A program made the translations under genes and the position numbers. A model generated the notes under the pieces. That model was not told where the DNA came from and made no database searches. It was given only the letters and a program-made list of their open reading frames with translations. From the human T2T-CHM13v2.0 reference genome, Homo sapiens, in the NCBI RefSeq assembly GCF_009914755.1, contig NC_060938.1: a stretch of 64,000 nt of DNA, one strand, 5' to 3'. Of the stretch, positions 55,247 to 64,000 are shown piece after piece (position 1 is the stretch's first letter; every line of letters begins with the position of its first letter).

Positions 55247-56279
55247 TAGCTTCAAACAGAATTGAGACTACTTGCTGGATATAGATGGAGAACCAGATAG
55301 TGGTGCTTAAGGAGAAAGAGGTGAAGTGAGTAGATAAAAAATCAACTTTCTAAAAAAGAGAAAAATAATCTCTCCTCTCCCAGCCCCAGGCCCACAGTCT
55401 TGAGGTCCATCCAACCTCATGCACCAGGAGGGCTGAGATTTCTGCCTGCTCCCATCCCCCTTCTCACCCAGAGCTGTTCATCCCTTCCCATCACTGCCTC
55501 TCCTCTGTGGCTCTTCCTTTAGTCTGTTTCAAGTGGGGAGCTGATTCAGCTGCTTTTGTTTTATGGTGTGTGCATGAGATGCTTGCAAACAAAATGCAAC
55601 TCAAAACAGCCGGGCCAAAGAATGCAAGAAGAGAAAGAAACAGAGGAATAGAAGGGCCACTAAGTTGAATACAGAGGAGAAGCCATGGAAAGTTCAGGAA
55701 AGCCACATTATGTCTCCGTGCCTCTGTTTCCTCCTTCTGATAGGAGGGGGGTAATTCAAGTCGTCATGAGGATGACAGGAGACATGGCATGTGTGTGTGG
55801 CACTATGCAGGATGCCTGATGCAGAGTGAAGGGGCAGGTAATAATATTATTACTATTATTATTATTAAATAGCAACATTATGTGACTTTAGAAGGAAATC
55901 TAGCTTTGCCCAATACCTACAAATGGCTCTTGGCTCTTCACAGATCCCGGGTCTGGCAATCAAGATGCGCACCTGAGTTTCAGGTGTTGGTGTGTTCAAT
56001 AATGAACGTCTTCCACCATCTGCTCAGATTCCTACTTAAAGACAGACCCTCTCTTTCCTTCCCCTGATAAGAATGATGACCCCAGGAGGGCAGAGCCGTG
56101 TCTCAGTCATCTCTTCCCAATCCTGAGCTTGGTAACCGGCAGGGGGAGGCACTTATAAATGTTTAAATGAATGAACAACAGAAAGAGCACAGGTCACCAG
56201 CTCCCCCTCCACTCTCTGGAACTGTAAATTCAGTTACAGATGAATCTATCACTTAGCAAACACCCAAGTGCGCCATTAC

Positions 56280-56341
56280 CTTTTCTAGATGTAGATTTAT
56301 CCATCGTGTAAAGGTCCTCTTCTGCACATTTTCCCTCTCAA
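56280..56341 (-). CDS. CLMN: Calmin exon 2 (62 nt; VERENVQKRTFTRWINLHLEK, start of CH1 domain)
   Basis: Acceptor ttttcag|TTGAG and donor AAG|gtaatg; QKRTFTRWIN is the actinin-type actin-binding motif. Confidence 0.96.
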
Positions 56342-57258
56342 CTGAAAACAAAGACATACCATCAGCTGGGAGAATAAGAAGTATGTGCAAAATCACACCT
56401 TCCCCTTCCCAAGGGGAGATTCTAGGTGGAGGGCAGACAGAACCCCAGGGTGTCCCATGTAAGAACAGAGGCCTTTCTGGAAGGGGTTGGCAACGCCTTA
56501 CCTGGCACCCACAACCCATGCTCCCCAGCCCAACCCCTGAGCATCTATGTAAACCCACAGATTCAGACACATGGAACAAAATGTTCTCTACAACCCAATT
56601 CAAACATTTAGACATCTGACAGTTCAGGCTAAGAAGCACTGGAGACAAAACTACAAATCAACCCCACAAGAGGCTGTAATGGGACTGCATGGTCACCCAG
56701 TGGCAGTGATGGGCATGAGGAGATGGGAGAGGGCAGTCAGGGTCGGGGTGGAGTGGAGCCGATAATTAGGAATTGGATAGGGGCTCTGGAATGTGCCACA
56801 GTGTGGTGAAAGGGATTGGACAGCCCAAGATCAGACTCTGAGCCCTGTCATCTCCCAGCTTTGTGTGCCCGGGCCAGACCCCCACCCGCATGTCTGATCT
56901 GCACATGGAGGATGAGGAGCTCACTCTCCAAGCTGCTCTAAGGATACCCAGGCTCCTGCAGAGCCAACTCCACACAGTCCCTGGCACAGGGGCTGCCAGT
57001 GGTTTTTCTTTGTAGCTATTATTTCTAGAGCCAGGGCAGACTTTGCACCCTCCAGGAATAAAGAGTTCTGCAGGCGCTTGCTGCTGAGCCAATGTGAACC
57101 GAAGGACATAAACCAGGAATGGACCCCTTCTCCCAGGGGAGAGCATTACCCAAAGAGGCTTCTTAGCAAAGATCTTTCACTGCCAAGGGCGACTGCCATC
57201 CGCCAAGCACTCACTGCGTCCCGGACACTTTGTTTCCATTCATCTTTAAACCTTACAA

Positions 57259-58041
<783 letters not shown>

Positions 58042-58984
58042 TAAAAAAAAGTACCAAGCACTTGCTATATGGCAGGCACTTACCTAGGTAATTTACATGG
58101 ATTAACTAATTTAATCCTTACTACCATCCTCTGTGGCAGGTGCTATTATGACCTTCAGATGGGACAATCGCGCCCAGGGAGATGTTGTAACTTGTCCAAG
58201 GTCACACAATTAATAGTAAGGTTATCATTTCTGTTTTACAGATGAAGAAACGGAGGGGCAAATAGTTAATAAAACAGCCCAGGTGGAACTCCATTCTGTG
58301 CTTTTTCTGCTCTCTCCTGAGTTCTGTGGCCTTAGCTGTCTTGGGCCCTCGAGCACCCGGAGGGTGTTTCTGAGATGGGCCCCAGTGCCAGTGTCTGGGT
58401 GAGGGTGCGTGGTGGCCTGAGGCTGCAGCCTCCTCGGCTGTGAGCTGCCACGCCTCCAGGAAACTTCCTTCAATATCTGAGCCAGACGGCTCCTCAGCTA
58501 CTGGATTTCAACATATTGAAAGACCATATCACATATGCCTAAAACGATTCCAAATTTCTTTAGCAATAAGAAAATGAGAGCCAATTGATCTCCTGCAGGA
58601 GAGCAAAGCTTATGGATTTCTGTAACAACGGGACTTTTTTCCTCTTGGCCTCATTATTTGGCAGAATGTGGCACCCATAAATCACGTTTCAATATTATGC
58701 CTTACAATATTTTTAACTGAAGAACCAGCAGACAGTAATTACGTACATCACTGCTTTTCTCTCAGTTTCCTCCTTTTCTGTAAGGGAGGGTCACTGGCTA
58801 ATAGGCATAAGAATTAAAGAACGAATTCCAGTAAACTGTGTTTCACGGGTGAGAGGGAAGGGAGAAGGAAAAGAAGTTAATAGAAATGAGGTTGGGAGGA
58901 GACATGTGCTGAGACCAGTGAGTACCAGAGTCTTGGAGACTCCCGGAAGCTCAGAGAGTGTCTGTCCCAAGCTCTATCGGAGAT

Positions 58985-59290
58985 CCTTCCACTTTGCAAT
59001 ATGGATCCACTTTATTCTCTCTGATGGCTACAGTGTTTTCCATAGTCTGGTTGTTCCCCCTGTGGATGGACATCAAGACTGCTGCCCATTTTTCACTGTT
59101 TCGAGCAATGCAGAAACAAGCATTGTATGAGCATCCTGGTTCTTTGTGCACAAACATATGAATATATTTCTTACCCGTGACAACTAAAAGTGGAACTGCT
59201 GGGTCTTAGTGGTAGGCACATTAAAAATTTTAATAGCTACTTCCAAATTGCCCTCCCACAAGGCTGTCCCGGTTTATGCTTTTACCCCCA
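58985..59290 (-). mobile_element. Ancient L1ME fragment
   Basis: gatggacat...tgagcatcct...aaagtggaactgctgggtc...ccaaattgccctcc. Confidence 0.6.
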
Positions 59291-59509
59291 CCTGTCTTTA
59301 AACAAGTTTATGGGGACTGTAAAGTATTTACACACACATTCAAACACTCAGGCTGGTTTCTCCATATGGCTTCAGAGAGAGCAAAGTATATCCCCTGAAA
59401 CAGAAGTGCATTTAGTAAAAGCCTCAGAGAACCTGGGTTAGGCTGCTAGTTTAACTACACTCAAGGGTGTAAATGAGGAGGTGGGTATCTGACAGTCTAC
59501 ACATAACTC

Positions 59510-59675
59510 ATCTATCCATCCATCCATCATCCCTCCATCCACCCATCCATCCATCCACCTACCCATCCATCCATCCAGCCATCCATCTATCCAACCATCC
59601 ATTTATCCATCCATTCATCCATCTGTCCATCCATCCATTCATCCATCTGTCCATCCATCCATCCATCCATCCAAT
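59510..59675 (+). repeat. Degenerate (TCCA)n tetranucleotide repeat
   Basis: Read directly from the sequence. Confidence 0.95.
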
Positions 59676-61307
59676 CATCTGTTCATCCTCCCAGCAGATA
59701 TTTATGCAGTAATTACCATATTCTGGAAATTATGATAGGCTCTCTGGGCAAAACCAGAGATGAAGAATTAAGCATTCATGGAATCTGCACTCCAAGAATT
59801 CACAGCCAAATAAGTAAAAGAGAGAAAACATGGCTGCCACAAGGTGTATATGCAAGGAGAAATGGATTAGAATGCTGAAGGCTGACAGGAACTGGAAAAG
59901 GTGACTTCAGACCCCGTGAGGTACTCCTGCAGGGCCCTAAGAGGCTCTGCTGGCAGAATTGGAACAAGGCGGGGGGTGGCCACAGGCAAAGACTCTGTTC
60001 TAACCCTGTCCTGATTCAGAGCCAACCCCTCTGGGTGGTTTCACTTCTGCTCTAGCCAAGGCCAGCAGGCTGGCCTGAGCACAAATCAGCTTCAACAGCA
60101 AAGCTGACCCACAGAGGCAGATGGGGCTGACAGAAGGACCCCAGGGGACCCTGAGAAAACCACAAATAGCAGACAAGTCCCAAACTGAAGCAGAGTGTGG
60201 ACACCATGTTATCTGGACCTAAAACTGGGACGCATTGCTCAATACACAGGAGAGACTGCGAGAACTCAAGCCCGCCCCAGAACATCCACTTCAGCGCCAC
60301 GCACCACTGGCTGGGCGACCTTGGGCACACTTGCAATTTTCAAAACACCTTTGCCTTGGTCTCCCCTCCACAGAATGAGGTTGGCCATGCCTCCCTCACA
60401 GGAATGCTACGGAGATTAAATGATATCAGCCCAGAAAGCACCCCCACAGCTGCTGCCGCAAGCAAGGCCAGTTTCCTCCGTCCCCAGGGTCCCCCAGCAT
60501 TGCTCTGGTCACCGGCGTTTTGACTGGTGTCTCGACACGAAGGTCTGCGGCTCTTTCATGGCCTTCTCCGCTTTGAGACGCCCACCCCCCATCCTGCAGA
60601 CTCTTGCTACTTCTGGCCTGCCAAGACTCCATAAACTTTATACAGTTTCCATAAATCCAACGGCCCCTTTTTTCCTATCACATTGTAAAGGTGTAGGAAA
60701 CCATTTCTCTGGAAGGGCCTGGCCTTCTCACAGAGTGTTTGTGGGGCCCGGTGTGGGTTTAATGGGCAAGGATAGAGTCATAAAAGTGCTGTAAAATCGC
60801 CATCCCTGGCTCTGCCTGGCTGGCCAGGATGCCCAAGTGCCGGGCCGGGTGGAGGAGCAGAAACTGGCCAGGCCTGGACTCCAGGGGCCGAGACAGAAGG
60901 GAGGGAGGCCTGGCCCTGGCTCAGCCGCACCAGCCCAAATTCCTAGGTGTGTCTTTAGCTCTGCTTTGCCAAGAACAGATCACTTGAAAATGGGAGGTGG
61001 GACATTCCTCTCTTCTCCAGGCTGTCCGTGGCTGGCTCAGGAGTTCAGAGTCACAGAGAAAGGGATGCACGCATTAGGAGTTAAAATGTTTATTTACAGT
61101 TGTGGCTTTTTGTCTCTATGTCCACATTTGCCCCAAATCTACTTTCTACATATTGATAATATTTCTGCTCTTTGTTGCCCAGGAGAAAGTCTTCATGGCT
61201 TTATCTGCTCATAAAAAATTATAAGCTCATTGTAAAAAATTAAAATACAGAAAAGCATAGAGAAAAATATCTAAAATTGCTTGACATTTCATTATGCCCA
61301 GAGAAAA

Positions 61308-61318
61308 CTCTCTCTCTT

Positions 61319-61349
<31 letters not shown>
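61308..61349 (+). repeat. (TC)n(AC)n microsatellite
   Basis: Read directly from the sequence. Confidence 0.9.
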
Positions 61350-62624
61350 GAGCAAGCACATGTACTCATGTATACAATTTAAACGTGATCAGTAAATGGC
61401 TCAGAGTTTCTCAACGTGTGGCCCACATGGGTCACTAACGTCATGAGCCTCTGGGATGACAATTAAGATGCCAATTCCTGGACTCCAGACCTACTGCCTC
61501 ACACTGGGGCCGGGGCCTGGGAATCTGCATTTAGCCAGCTCTCCAGTTGATGAGGATGCACAGTTTGGAAACTTAAATCTTAGCCAGAGGAGATGATTAG
61601 CATCATTTTTTGGTCATCTTTGGGTGGGGTAGAGAATGACAATGAGCACCTCAGCCTGGCATAGGACAAAGACCAGGCAGTCTAGAGCCAGACACACAGG
61701 CTCCACCACAGACCCCAGGCTTAACAGTCACTTGAAACAATTAAGTGAGATATTGCAAAGGGAATGACTCGTGGGCACTGGGCCAAAAAATGGTCATTTT
61801 CTGTCCTTCTTTGTCTAAAGGGCTCTTCCTGACAATGGCCATCGGCAAATGGCTTTAGTCACTGAATTCATACAGTTGGACAGAATCTGATTCTCATGAG
61901 AGGTGTTTTGCCTAGGTGGACAGCAGATCAGAATTTCCGCATGGGAGCCGTATTCTTTGACGTCCATCCAGACAGGTCCACCGGGGCCAGTGTTTCCAGC
62001 TTCCGAGACGCTGCTTGGGAGAGGGGAGGGAGACAAAGGGGGTGAGACGTGGCTTCATCTCTACACGCGCTCGCCCAGACGTTCGGGCATGCAGGAGGCG
62101 GAGGGGTACCAGGCTCCCTGAACCTGCCACCAGGATGGGTGAGCTGCAGCACAGCATGGGGGGCAAAAAGCCCACCTTCCCTCTGCCACCAAGCTGCTGT
62201 AGAGAAGGAGACATTTGAATGGGTGAGCCTGCCCTGCCAACCGGGGCAGTGAAGGTCCTCAAGGGAGCTGCTTGACAGCAGCCGCCACTTCCCATGCAAT
62301 AACTTGTCTCTTCTGTAAGCCTCAAACATTCCTGCGCAGCTGCTCTCATGTGGTCCCCGTTTTACAGGTAAGGAGTCTGAGGCACAGAGAGCTTAGGAAC
62401 ATGGCCGCTCAGTGAAACGCCAGGATTTGAACACGTGACGGCTGAGGTGCTGTGTGGTGCACCTCCCACTGTTCTGCAGCGTCCTGGGGGCATGTGCTCT
62501 TCAGCCAGGCGGGGGGTCTCAATGCTCCAAACCCCCCTCCAGGAACTACTCTGGCCTCCCAGCTTTCCTCACCCCATGCCCCCACCCAGAACATCTCGCG
62601 CAGCTTGGAATCCCTCAAGGCCTG

Positions 62625-62835
62625 GCTCTCAACCAGTGGTTCTCAGCCCGGGGTGATGGCTCCCAGGGGACATCCCGCAATGCCTGGAGATGTTTTTGAT
62701 TGCCACGACTGAGGGGGAGGGGCTGCTGGCACCCAGCGGGCAGAGGCCAGGGGCACTGCTCCACATCCTGCCATGCACGGGACAGCCCCAGATCACACAA
62801 TGACCCGGCTCAGAGTGGCAACACTGCCAGGGGCA
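62625..62835. mobile_element. MER20
   Basis: cagtggttctcagccc...caatgcctggagatgtttttgattgccac...gaggccagggg...ggacagcccc. Confidence 0.8.
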
Positions 62836-64000
62836 GAGGCCATTGGGGGGCCTGTGTGACTACCCCACACTGATCCTATCTTGACCTTTCTCCCACAGAA
62901 GACAGAGAAGAGTTTCAGCAACAGGAGGGCTCTGCCAACAAGCCCCTCTGAGTGACCTTGGACAATGTCAGTTCTGTACTTGGGGCCTCAGTTTGCCTAT
63001 CTGTACAACAGGGATCATGGTACCCACTTCATGAGGTTGTGAGGACCAAGTTTATTAGCGCTGTCCTTGCCATACCATGTGGGGTTGTGGGAATGGTGTG
63101 GGGAGGGGCTGCTGTAGTTATTCGTCAGGCACTAGGCAGCCAGGGAGAGCATGCAAGCAGGTGACAGCAAGAAGGAAGAACAGCTATGACGAGGCCTCTA
63201 TGGGATAAAGCATCCAAACACCTTGGCACGGGCCAAAGACCTTGGCACATCGTAAGTGCTCAATAGATGCAGCCGTGGCTATGATTGCTCATTTTGGACA
63301 AGTTACTGGACTACCCTGTAAAATGGAGATAATAACTCCCTCCTGGGGCTGTTGAAGAGACAATGAAGCCTGTGCACGCCAGGTGCAAAAAAGTTGTGTA
63401 GTAAACAGACTAATCTGTTCTTCCAATTTACAGCACATCACGGCCATGCACAGAGGCCCTGCAGATGGGCGGAGTGCCTTTCGCAATCCTCACAAAGCCA
63501 AGCGCCTTTAGACAAGTAGACCCGGCACCTGCAGAGGCTGGGAGGAGGCAGCCGGAGTCAGAGCTTGGGGCAGCAGAGAAGGTGGATCCCACCTGAACCC
63601 CAGGGGTTATGTGTGTGTGTGCCATGGGGTCACACACTAAGCGCTGGGACAGCATGGTCACGTGGCAGAGAGGGACTGGCTACCCTGGGTTCTCTCTGTT
63701 ACCACTGGGAGGATCATTTGAGAGCAAAGGTCCCCATCCACTGTCCGGGAGGCCAGGAGAGGGAGGGTGGCAGGAGGCCTCACACTTTGCAACTTTGCTC
63801 CAGTTTTGTGCAGAGGGAAGAAGACCTTGGCACCCATCTGCTCCCATGCCCCAGGTGTCATTTCCCAAGAAGCCCAGCGTCTCACAGCCGTCTCGGCACC
63901 AGAGGACAGCCGCAGCCCCATGGGTGGCAGGCTCTGGAGGCTTCTCTGATGCTCCCTGGTCTAGAAATCTCTTGCCCAACCTTTTATATAAGTGACCTCC

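Noticed and set aside
59510-59675. Regular short-unit array resembling a CRISPR or coding repeat
   Set aside because: Ordinary degenerate (TCCA)n microsatellite with no spacers, in a eukaryotic intron.

Overview
Human (primate) genomic DNA carrying most of CLMN (calmin; calponin-homology plus transmembrane protein) on the minus strand. Coding exons 2-13 lie at 56341 down to 17780; all have GT-AG boundaries and splice into one continuous frame ending in the hydrophobic tail ...MMYFILFLWLLVYCLLLFPQLDVSRL*. Exon 1 lies beyond the right edge, and a long 3' UTR probably runs to about 8150. The left end probably holds the last exon of a convergent plus-strand lncRNA (likely DICER1-AS1). The rest is Alu, L1, L2, MIR, MER and LTR repeats. 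Three things stand out. (1) A hidden in-frame 93-nt cassette exon in intron 12 (19539-19631) has a good acceptor but a GA instead of GT donor. (2) A 96%-identical inverted copy of 161 bp of coding exon 9 sits in intron 9 (27493-27654), so the pre-mRNA can form an exon-intron duplex. (3) That copy lies inside a complex L1 insertion built by template switching. Proximal and distal poly(A) signals also predict an extreme 3' UTR length switch. Repeat subfamily calls are by eye and their boundaries are approximate.
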